DNA of 64,000 bases from the NCBI GenBank assembly GCA_964252035.1, contig OZ176200.1, one strand, 5' to 3'. This document shows, one piece after another, positions 38,489-50,673 of the stretch (positions are counted from its first letter, which is position 1; each line of letters opens with the position of its first letter). Below the pieces are notes generated by a model. It saw nothing but the letters and a program-made list of their open reading frames with translations, searched no databases and was not told the origin of the DNA. A program made the translations under genes and the position numbers. The DNA is from Podarcis erhardii. Lineage: Eukaryota.

Positions 38489-39559
38489 GTTTTTATATAA
38501 CCGTGATCATGCACATCTTCTCCCTGTGACTGTAACTGCATACATTCATAATATATATTAATAAAGCAAGAAGGAGATTTTGTAAGTATGAGAACAGACA
38601 ACTCAATATTGAAGCACTGAAACAGCTTTATTTGAATTTGCCCATCTTACAGCCGCTGAGAATACTTCCCGTCAGATTGACAAGTTGAAGTTCCATGTGG
38701 CAGAGCACTGTACAGCTGGTTTTTGAATGTTCTGCTTCTAACACCCAAGTATTAATAATGAGATTGGAGCCCATCCTAAAAACACATCCAACAAGAGCAT
38801 TTGCTGAAACGCTTTGGGATCAGATTTTTTTTTTAAAAAGAAGGTTCACAAACAAGGATTAAAAGAAAAATGGCTACGTTAATAACCCTGTCTTTATTGC
38901 ATCAGCACAGAATAAGCCCATATTTGGTACACCTCAACTGTCTGTTAAACCACAGCAATTCTGTTTTAAAGTTGTTCCTGCATTTACTGACATGTTACTA
39001 AAGAAATAAAGCAATATTTCTCTTAGATGTGTGCATTCAAAAGCAACCCTTGACTAGTTTGTAGGTGTCTGGAAAATCATTTCCATAATTTTTATTCATG
39101 GTGTTTTCCTTAGTGGAATTCAAACTAGCTTTAGAAGAATAAGATAAACAAAGACATAATCTATGTGTGAAAGGGCTTGAGTTATGCGGCAAAGGCATCT
39201 TGCTGGTATAACATCTGTCTGCTTCCCTGTACAGTGTGTTTTCATGTCTGACAGTGCAATGCCTCTCACAAGCATCAGTACATTGTTTGCAGGAGAGATG
39301 GTTTGATTTGAACAGGCTATACTGAAGATAATGACACTAGAGACAAACAAACTAATAGTTCCCAGTTAGACAGCTGTACAACCCATCATAAAAAATCACC
39401 AGTCTCCAGCCATAGAGAGTAATTGTTGAGTTTACTGAAACAATTCTATTAGCAACACGCCCAATTTTACTAAAACCTAACAGACTTCACTGGATGCTGC
39501 ATGTATTTCTAACATGTTGGGCAAAGACATCCAAAATATCTGATATACCAATAATGTTA

Positions 39560-40010
39560 AAGGCCTATATTGGCATGCTGCCACTGGGAGGAATAACATG
39601 CAGTTCTGCTTCTAAACTTCAGAGCCCCATGTAGCTTGGAGTTGCACACACACCAAACCAGACCCGGAGGTGATTTTTTGAGGCTCTTCTCTGACTGCCC
39701 CCACCAAATTTGGTGAGAGCTCACTACCAGAACACAGGCCTTTTGGGCGGTGGTGTGCCAGATATGGAATGCCTCCCCAGGTAGGTTCACTAGGTGCCAT
39801 ATTATGGTCCTTTTGATGTTCCCAGTCATTTTAAATTGATATTTTGGTGCTTTTAAAACACTGCTTTATATTGTTTGCTGCTGGTGGCTTTAGCTCTCCT
39901 CTTTCTGTTGTGATTGTTTGCTTTTTAAAAGGCGTTCATAAATTGTATTGTTCACCATTCAAAGAATATTAAGTAACTGGGTGGTACGCAAATGTATATA
40001 TAAACAAGCA
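39560..40010 (+). mobile_element. Old L2 LINE 3' fragment
   Basis: Decayed translation RTQAFWAVVCQIWNASP (cf. RAFSVAAPxLWNxLP), followed by an L2-like 3' UTR. Confidence 0.6.
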
Positions 40011-41410
40011 CGGCACACTGTAGCACACCAACAGTGGAAAAAGTTGGGTGCAAGTTGACGATCCATGTCCTTTCCATTATATTTTCAAAATCATATCACA
40101 GATATTTGGCCCCACGTTCTCAAGCTGCATGGCTACCATTTTGTATACATTCGGGACCCATCCTCATTAGAGCCCAGCAGAACCCTTTGCCTGGCATAGC
40201 AGTGCCCTGCATGCCCAGGAGCCCATTTCATTGCTGTGACTGTAGTATCAGTGGAAGGACTGAGACCCAAGTTAGTTAACAAGTACTGACAATCCAACAG
40301 GTTGTTCTGCTGTCAAGGCTCAGCAAACCTATCTGCTGATGTCAACACAGTGGCTGGCAGGATTTGGAAGCAAAAGTTCCATTCCTATAAGGAAGCATGT
40401 CCCCATCTGAAAGTTTAACTTTCAGTACTCTAAAAAGGAAACTGTTAATATTCTGCATTTTTATTATTTTTTTAAAAGGAAGCTTGGTTGCCTAAAATAA
40501 ACTTTGTGTATTGCTTTGATTAAGCAATCGTTTTTAATTATTGTGTCATCCCTACAAGATACTATTGTTACATTGGCAAAACTTGTAAGTCATCAACAAC
40601 TCATAGTTATCTTAGATATGTATATTACCTAGTTTGACAAGCTGTGATATTATTCTATGGCTTCTAAGTAGGCTACATAGAACTGAAAAACTTTCATTAA
40701 GAAATTCTGACATATTCCACATTACCGACCCAGTTTCTCATAGATACTAATCCCATTCTCCTCCCCAATTTCACCAATCTCCCTTTTTATATTTATCTAA
40801 GACTTCTTAATGTAATCATTACTTTCCACTGCCGCCACCACCACCACCAAGTTCATTCCTAACCATAGTGTCTTACTTTGGATATTCTGCAGCCTACCCT
40901 GGAGAACTGATGTTAAACAATAACCATCGCCTGAATGGCTTCTGCAATCCATATAAAATGTTACATGGTGTAGAAATGTCACATCAGGCCCTCTTATGTT
41001 CCAAATCCTTTTTAGGTTGAGAATGTATGATTTGTTTAAACACGATGTGCGGATTCTTAATTTGCCCTGCAATTCTCCTCTTTTATCCAACATGACATAG
41101 TGATATGATGAGCTAGTTGATCCTAAGTGAATTTGATTTGGCGGGTATAATTTACAGGAATGTTGTCTTTTTAGGACTAGATTGATTGTAACTTAAACAG
41201 ACATAGTACTTTATCACATAGGACTAAAACACTAGCAAGCAAAAACTGACACATGCACACACACAAACAACACACCAAAGCAAACATTAAAGCCGTAATT
41301 TTGAATGTGTAAATAAACAAGTGTCCACTAATCTCACATATAGTGAATATGGACCTTCGCTTTACATTCTATAGAAGGTTTTCAAATGTACTTGTATACC
41401 AGATGCAGTG

Positions 41411-41445
<35 letters not shown>

Positions 41446-41844
41446 TTATTATTTGTACCCCGCCCATCTGGCTGGGTTTCCCCAGCCACTCTGGGCGGCT
41501 TCCAACAGAGATGAAAAATACACTAAAATGTCACGTATTAAAAACTTCCCTGAACAGGGCTGCCTTCAGATGTCTTCTGAATGTAAGGTAATTGTTTATC
41601 ACTTTGACATCTGATGGGAAGCATTCCACAGGGCGGGCGCCACTACCGAGAAGGCCCTCTGCCTGGTTCCCTGTAACTTGGCCTCTCGCAGTGAGGGAAC
41701 CACCAGAAGGCCCTCGGAGCTGGACCTCAGTGTCCGGGCAGAACGATGGGGGAGGAGACGCTCCTTCAGATATACTGGACCGAGGCCATTTAGGGCTTTA
41801 AAGGTCAGCACCAACACTTTGAATTGTGCTCGGAAACGTACTGG
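41411..41844 (-). mobile_element. L2 LINE 3' fragment with (ATT)n tail
   Basis: Minus ORF PVRFRAQFKVLVLTFKALNGLGPVYLKERLL...RQRAFSVVAPALWNA. The (AAT)n tail is at 41411-41445. Confidence 0.92.
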
Positions 41845-44310
41845 TTTCAACCTACAGTAGCTGAAATCTGGTCTGAGGCTTTAAAAGAAAGCTTGAGAGA
41901 TTTTGGAATACACACCGGGGGTTGGGGCAGAAGATGCGATTGGGAACCAAAGTCCTTTTGGGATAAGATGCTTAAGGATTATATTCCATTCACTGATCTG
42001 ACAGGATCCACATGTAACTTTCAGGATTTAGTTTTGGGAGGTGGTGAGTACTTACCTGTTTCCCCCCTCACTTTCTATCAAGTACGTTTCAACTGAAGGC
42101 ATTTTTGAGGGCCAAAGTGTTGCCTTTCTTTTTTGGACAACCAGGCAATGATTTTTATTTTTTTTAAAAAATAAATAAATCTGCCTCACTTGTAATGTGC
42201 AGTACCTATTTAATTTTTGAGAGCCAGCTGGGAAATTGACCTAACAGGTTTTGGTAGTTCAATTACAGCAGAAACAAGGGACCAAAATAGCATAACTAAA
42301 AACCATTTGTACTTGTTCAAATGAGTTTTAAACAGGCGAGTAAACAATTTTGTATCTGGTCTGCAGAACACAAGAAAAAGAAAAGAAAAGTTTTTCACAA
42401 TGTAAATTCAATTTCCTAAACAATTACATTTTTGAATGGGAATCTAATTAATTCCTTGTAAAGTAGATATGGAAATATTCAATGCATTCTCATTTCTTGC
42501 TTGCTTTGAGACTTGCACAGTTTAGGAAGCTATCCAAGTTAATGGGATTTGCTTTGCATCCATTCTGAAACAAGATATGCCATTTGAGTCATGCTGGCCA
42601 CTAACCTTTCTGAGTTTAACAGCTATGAAGAAGAAAATATAAACCATTCTTTGATATATATACTTCAAACCAGCCACCACAACAAAATAAAGGAATCCTA
42701 CATGTCCTTGTTGTTATTATTAAGCATATGGGTAAAATAAATAAATAAAGCAAAGAACCTTCACCCAACTATGAATGCACTGTATCCTTTATATCCAAGC
42801 AAACTAAGACAATTTCCTTCCTGTATGGGCTCGATCCGTAAGCCAGTCAAACTGGAATACTTGGACACCAGTTGCATCAAATACTTTTAATTTTCAGTCT
42901 TTGACTTAAACGGTTTATGAATCAAATGGAAAATATGAACAAATATAGGACCTTTCACCTGATCCTAAACATGTTTACTTTGAAGTAAATAATGATGGAG
43001 TGCCCCCCCCCCCAAGGATGGAAGCTCTAACACTGAACATGCATTAGATTATAGGACCACCACCTTTCAGAGCTCCTGTGCTTTTAAAAGCAGTGTGGTG
43101 GGCAGAAATGCATGAAAACTTGGTGAAATTTATGAAACTTGTGAATTTCTGTCTATTTTGCATCTTTTAAAGTTGCAAGAACCCTTTCAGAAAAAAAGTG
43201 GCAGCTCTTTTTTTCTTTTTTTTTTTAAAAAGATACTCATTTGAAATTAATGAGCCTTACATGTTCCAAGTAATGAGTTTAGAGTGAGGGATAACAAATC
43301 AACTGAAATCTGGTTTGATGATTAGGCAATAAGATTGGAACAGCTCTGTCCAACAAACATCTACTTGCTATTAATTTCACTGGGATCTGCTTCCAAATAT
43401 ATCCATTTGGTAGGTTTCATTGAAATAAATGGGCCTTGACTTCAGGGAGCTATATTTACTACTGAGACAGACATTTGCATAGAGTATTGGAAGGCAATCT
43501 AAGGCTACAATCCTATGTCCATTTCCCTGGCAGTAAGTCCCATTAAATTCAGTGGGAGTAAGCATGCACAGGATACATAAGCATCCTAAAGTTGAATATC
43601 CTGGATTAAACAAACAAACTCTTGTGTTGTGTATTGCTGGATAGTTTTATATAGTCCTGCATGAACACTGAACTGCTTAAATGAACACTGATGAAAAGGA
43701 GTGAATCCATAGGGTACTTTGAAAGCAATAGCTAGTCAATAGTTGCAGAATTATGCTGCTGAACAACTTTTACTTTCACTAAATCCTCAGCTAGTGCTGG
43801 ATAGATTTGCAGAATGTGTGTGTCGGATTTCAGGGTATCAGAGAGATGCATCACTCACTGTTACTGCCTCTTCTTTCTGCCTGGTAGTAAAGCTATTGTT
43901 TCAGATGTATAGATAATTGCTGTCATATAAACACATCCATAGCTTTCTCCTCATTTACCTGGGAATCACAATTCCATGTAATAGCACAATTCTAAGACAT
44001 GTCAACTAAGAAGCAAGTCTCACCAAGTTCAGTGAGGCTTACTCCCAGGTAAGTGTGCCTACACTGCATCCTAAAGCCTTCAGTTGACCCAGTTTCCTGA
44101 CTCCTGTGTAGTACTATATGTCCTTGAGAACCTAAATACTTCGGGAGTATTCATAGCATATTCTGTTACACTTAAGCCTTTACTGATCAGTGGAGATGTA
44201 ATTAGAATCTGGACGTTTTCCTGTAATGAACTGCATGGTACTTGACTACAATTTACAAAGTGTCAAACCAGCAGATACTCTTGATAGAAAGTTCACCTGA
44301 TCTAGGCTTA

Positions 44311-44311
<1 letters not shown>

Positions 44312-44356
<45 letters not shown>
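44312..44356. repeat. (GT)n microsatellite
   Basis: Direct read of the sequence. Confidence 0.95.
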
Positions 44357-44359
<3 letters not shown>

Positions 44360-44584
44360 AAAAACAGAGCCTGTATGGCAAATTTAGATGCTTTCAGCAA
44401 AAGGACATGGCCAAGTGTCCTTATAATCCTAACCACAGCCGTTCAGAAGCAAATCCCATATGAATTCAAAGGGGTTTAGTACGTGGGGTTAGGATTGCAG
44501 CCTGATCCACCTTAACGGGTCTGACCTCCAAGACAATGTGCATAAGATTGTACATAAATAAAGCATCCTAATGCCACATATATG

Positions 44585-44585
<1 letters not shown>

Positions 44586-44620
<35 letters not shown>
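44586..44620. repeat. (GT)n microsatellite
   Basis: Direct read of the sequence. Confidence 0.95.
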
Positions 44621-44622
<2 letters not shown>

Positions 44623-45236
44623 GTAAAGGTGCAGAGGATCCAGGTGGGAGGCAGCCATCCAAAACACATTTCCTGCCAAGCAGTCCCATTGAAGGCTACA
44701 ATTCTAAACGCACTTGGAAATAAATCCCACTGTAATCCACTGGGTTTACTAAGTAAATTCCTCAGGATCAGGGTGTTAATAAGCTATCCTACTCAGGATA
44801 ACAGTGGGAGTCAGTTTACTCATTCAAAATCCTGCTGGATTGTATCTATGGCAATATTTAATTTTGCAAAACTGGCCAGGTGGAAAGGAAAGGGAACTTA
44901 CTTCCATGCAAGCTATGTTAAAAATCAGGGAGTCAAGAGGAGCTTGGGAAAAGAGTAACCGGCTCCTTATTCGAAAGTGGTACAGGAGGAACCCCCGGCG
45001 GCCGAAAGGCTTCGTGAGTCCCAGAAAAGCGAGCGAGCGAAGTTTATGATCTATTGCGGTCCCCCACCCCCCACCCCCAATCTACCCGGCGCACAGCAGC
45101 CGCGCAAGAGCTAATATCATGCGCGGAAGCATGAAGTATGAAGGAACTGGAGGGGTGGGGAGATAGAAACTGGTCCTTGGAGAATGGGACCATCCTAGAA
45201 GCCTTACAGGGAGTATTTGAGGGGTGGGAATAAATA

Positions 45237-45301
<65 letters not shown>
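45237..45301. repeat. (AAT)n microsatellite inside the CpG island, about 450 bp into intron 1
   Basis: About 21 units, read directly. Confidence 0.95.
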
Positions 45302-45302
<1 letters not shown>

Positions 45303-45749
45303 GTTAAAGGGAGCCTGGAAGCAGAGCGAGTTCAGACCCAAGCGGGCTTTTTCAGGAGCTCTAAGGAAGAAAGCGAAAGGCGCTACAGAACCGAGCGAAG
45401 CTCAAACTCCCAGGGATGCAACACCATAATCTGCAGAGCCTCAGCCAAGTCAACGCCGCCGCCGCTGGAGAGGGAAAGACTTCGCTCGCTGGAAGGGGTG
45501 CAAGCATACAAGCATCTCTCCCCCCCACCCCCATACCTGATCTTGATCCCAGCCGAGTGGGAGATTATAGTTATTTTAAAAACAAACAAAAAAACAAGCG
45601 AAGCGCAAGATTGTCCCAGGGGCAGCTGGTCTGCAGGAGTCTTAAGTGAAGTTTGCGCTACTTTATCCAGACACAGAGCCGTCCCAAAAAAGAGAGAGGT
45701 GGGGTGGCACAGAAGAGGTGGTACAAACCATGCAAGTCAGACGCCTTAC

Positions 45750-45834
45750 CTCCTTCGGCTCCCACTGCCAGGACCTTAGCAATAGGACATAATCCCGAGA
45801 CGGTGAGGACGGCGAAAAGGAGAAACTCGGGCAT
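45750..45834 (-). CDS. LRP1B: LRP1B first coding exon (signal peptide of LDL receptor-related protein 1B)
   Basis: The minus strand reads ACC-ATG CCC GAG TTT CTC CTT TTC GCC GTC CTC ACC GTC TCG GGA TTA TGT CCT ATT GCT AAG GTC CTG GCA GTG GGA GCC GAA GGA G|GTAAGG, which translates to MPEFLLFAVLTVSGLCPIAKVLAVGAEG. This closely matches the human LRP1B N-terminus as I recall it ([26 protein letters not shown]). The exon has 85 coding nt, a phase-1 canonical donor and lies in a CpG island. No further LRP1B exon was recognised to the left, consistent with the gene's very large intron 1. The ORF track misses it because the exon is short. Confidence 0.95.
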
Positions 45835-46105
45835 GGTCGAGGGAGGGGAGTCTCGCGTCCTCCTGCTCCTGTTTCTCCTCCAGGCTGCTGCTGCTTGCTG
45901 CTCTTCTTCGCCCTCTTTGGCCGCCGCCGTTGCTCGGTTGCACCCTTCGCTTCAAATAAAAAAAGAGAAAGAAAGTCACTGAGCGGCAGCAGCAGCGGAG
46001 CCGACGACGAGGAGGGTGGCAGGCAGGCTGGCTGGCTTGCAAGAGAGCAGCGCGATTGGCAAATGTCACGGGGGTGGGATTGTGCGCCAGGAGCCCAGGC
46101 TGCGC

Positions 46106-46140
46106 TGCCTTGCCTTGCCTTGCCTCGCCTCGCCTCGCCT
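46106..46140. repeat. Compound pentamer repeat (TGCCT)4(CGCCT)3 in the promoter/5' UTR
   Basis: Direct read of the sequence. Confidence 0.9.
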
Positions 46141-47559
46141 GCCCGCCTTCTCCGCTGCTTCCAGCAGGATTACGAGGTGGATGTGTGAGAGAGCCGCTTG
46201 TGTGTCTCGACTTCTCAATGCAGAGTACGTCTGATCTTACATCACGCAAGAGGGGCAGTCAGAAAGAGAGAGAGAGGACGAGAGAGAGAGAGATGCCAGA
46301 GGATGGGAATCTCACTGATTAATCACGGAAGCCGCCATCCTCCAGCTTGGGTGTCCACATAAATCATATCTATTACTTAGTAAGAGGCATTTAACACAAC
46401 AAGCAGCACACCGCTTCAAATGGAAAGCCCTACAAATCAGACCGAGGCGGTCCAGCGAGGGGAGAGGAAAGTCAGCCGTCCACGGATCCCTTTGGGATCT
46501 AGGTGCGAGAGAGAATAGATCTGGGTGGAGAGAGAGGGAGAGGGAGAGCGCTCGCTCGCTCGCCTCCAGCAACAAAATCGGGCGACTGCCTCCTTCCTTC
46601 CCGAGAATAGGAGCGAGCCGTCTAAGTATCCCAAAAGCCAACAGAGGCAGGCAGGCAAGAATGAAGCCTTTTGGGAAGGGAAGCAAAGTCAGCTCGTTTT
46701 TCTTTTTGGGAAATGGCAAAGGAGGGGAGAGAGCGACGGGAGAGAGAACCCAAAGTTCTCAAAGGCAGCGCTGTAGGACACGTTGCAGAATGTTCATTTC
46801 CATTGCAAATTGACAGATAGGGTCGGGTCCTGCTGAGTGACTCAACAACAACAACAACAAAAAAGGTTTCTCACCTAGGAGAGGCCGAAACTCCAGATAT
46901 GCTTAATAGTCCAAAAAGAAGCGGTGAGAGAATAGGGCAGCTTAATTAGGATGTATTACCTCTCCAATGCAGTAAGTGGAAGCAACTGGCTTCAGATTAG
47001 TGTCAAACTGCTCTTTAAAAAGTTAAGCGCTATCTCATACAGGGCTGGGCAGATTTCTGACTTGTAAGGTCTACTCTACTTGAACTCTCAGGCCCACCAA
47101 ACGGAGACACGTGCAAAGTCGGGGCTAGCTCCTCCCGTTGTACCTTATGTTAAGAATTAGGGGACTTCTAGGGTTGCCATATTTTGAAGACCAAAAAAGG
47201 GGGCACATTTTCTGACTTCTACTTTTAACTATGGATTGCTATGACAACTCTCATTTTACCCATAAAAAACATGATGTGCATGCTCGACCCGGTAATTTGT
47301 AATCAGTACTAAAACCAGTGCATTTTCATTGCACCACCCACGCTGCCACCTTGACCCTCCCAGTAAGCAGCAGTGACTCACCTGTTGGGAGGGCAGGTAA
47401 GCATCTCCAACCTATGACACCATCTGATACTGGGCAGAACATTACATTTGTTCAATTGCATCATTACTTGCTTATCCCCAAGTTACTGGGTTGCTCCTAA
47501 TAACATATTTTAAGATGCACTGCATAAGAGGCCAACCACACATGGTCTTCAGCATAGTT

Positions 47560-47970
47560 TATGTAGCCAAGGATAGCCTTGCTAAGTGTCTGGTGCACTG
47601 GTGATCGCAAGAGTTGGTTACTGTATTGCCCTTCATATGGGACTGCTGTTAAATTTGCCAGAAACCTGCAACTAGTACAGAACGCAGCAGCTAGTTTAAC
47701 TGAGTTATGTGCCTGACTGTGGCACGCAACACCATTGCTAAAGGAAGTGTACTGGCTGCTGCTTTGCTATTAAGCCAGGTTTAAGGCTCTGGTGTTAACC
47801 TAAACAACGTGGAACCAAGAGAATGTCTTCTCCCATACAGAGCTGACCAGTTGTTAATATAATCTGCAGAGGTCCTCCTGATTGTGCCACAGCCTCCAAA
47901 CATCCATCTGGCATCAACCAACACCCTTTCTGTGGGGGTACCTGCTCTCTTGAATGGTATCCCCATGCTA
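47560..47970 (+). mobile_element. Old L2 LINE fragment
   Basis: Decayed translation LQLVQNAAASL...TPLLKEVYWL (cf. LQLVQNAAARL...TPVLxxLHWL). Confidence 0.75.
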
Positions 47971-48802
47971 ATTCTCTCTCTCTCTCTCTCTCTCTCTCTT
48001 TACCATGGCTTTTGCTTTCTACCATTACCAGCTGTTTACTGTCTACTTGATTATTATATAGACATTACATTTTATTATATTGTTGTACACTGCCTTGACA
48101 TGCCCATATAACAGCTGGTATATCAATATTTTAATTTAATTGATTAAACATTGTCATGACTGCCATTCCATTGATATTTTAATGATAAATCATGGGTATC
48201 ATGAAATATAATGCTGTACAATCATGACAAAGACACGGTTCTCCCCAGTTCCATTGACTTGAATAGAAACTCATTCACCTAGGTAGTTCTATTCCAAGCA
48301 GCCCTGAATAAGAACACCCTGTACCTATTTTCATTTTCAATTTATAAGGAAAGGTCAAGTGTCCTAAACTGATGTGTACAAGAAAAATGATTAAGAGCTC
48401 TCTCCCCAGCCACCTGTGTCCCTTTCCCAATCTGCTCTGGCAGGAAACCTAGAACAGAGGGCACACAAGAAGAGAGGCAGGCAAAATTATGCTGTGAGAG
48501 CAAAAGTCTTTCCACAAACAGAATTACCTCATTGCATACAGTCCCTTAGATGAGGAAACTGGAGACTCATGCAAATAGTGCATTAGATAATTCTGCATAT
48601 GCAAGAAATATTAACAAAGAAAATGGCTTAGAAATGGAAGACACAACCTATTCTTGTTTGAAATGAATAACATGTGATAAGTAGACTAGATAGAAGACTA
48701 GTTTAAGAAACTCATCATGTGGCTTTGGCCAAGTCGCACCTGAGTTACCGTTATATGCATCCTAAGTATGCCTAAGGGGGGGGGGGAAGCACCTTCATAT
48801 TA

Positions 48803-49115
48803 GGGCTTATCCTTACCTTTCCTCTGCTCTTTCCAGACATGGTCCACACTTTAAAGCTCTATGTCCAAGCAGACCTCCCTCCCTCCATTTTTGCTCTGGA
48901 GCTTTCCCCATGAAAACCTGCTCTTTAAAGTTCAATCAGAGCAAATGGCAGTCTGCTGAAAACCCAAATTGATGTTTGAGTGCTAAAGAGTGGTTTTTTT
49001 TCATGGGGAAAGCTCCCAGGCAAAAAAGCAAACACCACCACCATTTGGACACAGAGCTTTTAAGCACAGGCATGTGCCCGGAAAGAGTGGACAAAAAGTA
49101 AGCATGGATAAGCCC
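48803..49115. mobile_element. PIF/Harbinger-type MITE
   Basis: TIRs GGGCTTATCC / GGATAAGCCC with a 3-bp TTA TSD (48800-48802, 49116-49118). Internal inverted blocks CTTTCCCCATGAAAA / TTTTCATGGGGAAAG. Confidence 0.8.
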
Positions 49116-49483
49116 TTAGTCTTCATGACACATGTATTCCTTAATTTTGATGAGGTTTGAAGGGTCATGTGGGGTTTCAAGGCCCCACTCCAAAGTTTAA
49201 TGAAAAGTTGATGCTTTTATTTTTGCAGCTTGTGTAGTCAATTTTATTACTATTGGAATGACTGGGATAGCTGGAGAACTATGTACATCAAGGTGATCTT
49301 TTAAATATGCTGCTTAATATTTTAGTTACTCTTCATGTCTGCAGATGCTTAGACCAGAACCATGCAAGTGCAGAAGAACAATATTTGCACAGTATACAAC
49401 TTATCCACATTCTTAACATTACTACAAATGATATTAGAGGTCAATAGTGCCCTATAGGTTTACAAAGCCCCTCCACAAGCCTC

Positions 49484-49530
<47 letters not shown>
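49484..49530. repeat. (ATT)n microsatellite
   Basis: Direct read of the sequence. Confidence 0.95.
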
Positions 49531-49599
49531 GGTTACCAGTGAAACAGTTGTCGTCATTGTCCCCCCCATCAACAGCTCTTTGCAGAATTACTAATTTTG

Positions 49600-49925
49600 C
49601 TTTTGACCCCAATTACAATGCTCTTTCTCACTGCTTTGTGCCATCTGAGAACATTGCAGCCGATGAACAATGCCATTCAGTGGAAGATGTCCAATAAGAA
49701 AGTATATCATCCAAATCATCAAACCAGGCATCAAATTGTGGCTGTTCTCCAGTTCCAAAATATTGTATGCTTTATGATGCTAACATATATAAGAGGAAGG
49801 AAGATGATGTTCCAGTAGCTCAAAATCTAGGACAGATTGTGGTTGAGAAACTAACTACACATTTACAGGGTTCTGGACTAGTTGTAATAACTGATGACCT
49901 TTTCACCAATGTGCCACTAGTCTTC
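49600..49925 (+). pseudogene. Fossil piggyBac (DDE_Tnp_1_7-type) transposase fragment
   Basis: Frameshifted translation CFVPSENIAADE / MPFSGRCPIRKYII...KPGIKLWLF / YDANIYKRK...NLGQIVVEKLTTHLQGSGLVVITDDLFTNVPL. It matches, in order, the piggyBac motifs YxPxxxLxVDE, PFxGRCxxRQY, KPxKYGIKxW, GxxVVxxL and DNFFTSxPL. The first and second catalytic Asp codons are at 49662 and 49893. Confidence 0.85.
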
Positions 49926-50068
49926 TGTTGGCACACTGGGAGGGGGGGGGGGGAGACACACACCAAGCAAATCATAAATTACCTTAGCATTCTTTATCTA
50001 CATATCTTGATATACCAACAGCAGCACTTTTGCTTTTTTAAAAAAGATTAGCTAGTAACATGCTCAAT

Positions 50069-50203
50069 CAGGGTACCCCAAACTTGGGTCTCCAGCTGTT
50101 TTGGACTATAGTTCCAATCATCTCTGACCACTGGTCTTGCTAGCTAGGGATGATGGGAGTTGTAGTCCAAAAAAAGCTGGATACCCAAGTTAGGGAAACC
50201 TTG
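50069..50203. mobile_element. Palindromic hAT MITE, same family as 15750-15885
   Basis: Shared core GACCACTGGTC.TGCTAGCTAGGGAT.ATGGGAGTTGTAG. The flanks tgctcaat and tactaaat match at 6/8. Confidence 0.8.
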
Positions 50204-50673
50204 TACTAAATAAAGGAAGGACAGTGGTCTTCCTTTCTTCAGTGCTGCAGTCTCAGACTACAGAGCCAAGCCTGATAGCATTCTTGTTATAAGAAGACTA
50301 AAGGTGCTATTACAGACATCTATGCTTATATAATCACATAATACAAAGAAATTTAGTATTTCTTATTGAATACAGCATTTAATGCATTCCAGTTGTATTC
50401 TGAATCTTCTGGATCTGTGGTAGTGTTATTGTCCCTGTTTGGACCTGGCTTGATTACCTGGCTTGGTTACTTACTTTGAACCCAGATAAGCTCAGGTTCC
50501 TTAACTGATAATTGGGCTACATTCAACTGCATTTCCAAAAAGGTGTCCACATACACTTTCATATGCACAATCAAAATGGTGGTTGGAAGTTCATTGATGG
50601 TACGGACATTTAAAAACTCATCACTGCCTAGTAGAGCTGCTTCTAGAGTTGGTAAACCTTGAGTAGGGTCTAG

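Larger units (their letters stand above)
1..45749 (-). other. LRP1B: LRP1B intron 1 (continues beyond the left window edge)
   Basis: Starts at the GT donor at 45749-45748. No LDL-receptor class A repeat exon (CxxxxFxC...WxCDGxxDC) was found anywhere in 1-45749. Confidence 0.85.
44960..46780 (-). promoter_or_regulatory. LRP1B: CpG island / promoter and 5' UTR of LRP1B
   Basis: Abrupt rise in GC and CpG content against an AT-rich, CpG-depleted background, with GA-rich tracts. There is a CCAAT box on the minus strand (ATTGG at 46055-46059) and an Inr-like TCAGT at 45978-45982 on the minus strand. Confidence 0.85.

Noticed and set aside
46470-46495. Partial REST/NRSE-like motif (GTCAGCCGTCCACGGA)
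   Set aside because: The half-site spacing and sequence depart too far from TTCAGCACCACGGACAG.
45653-46776. Several long GC-rich ORFs over the CpG island (e.g. 45776-46249, 157 aa; 46312-46719, 135 aa)
   Set aside because: Low-complexity products of GC-rich and repeat-rich promoter sequence with few stop codons. The real coding segment is 45750-45834.
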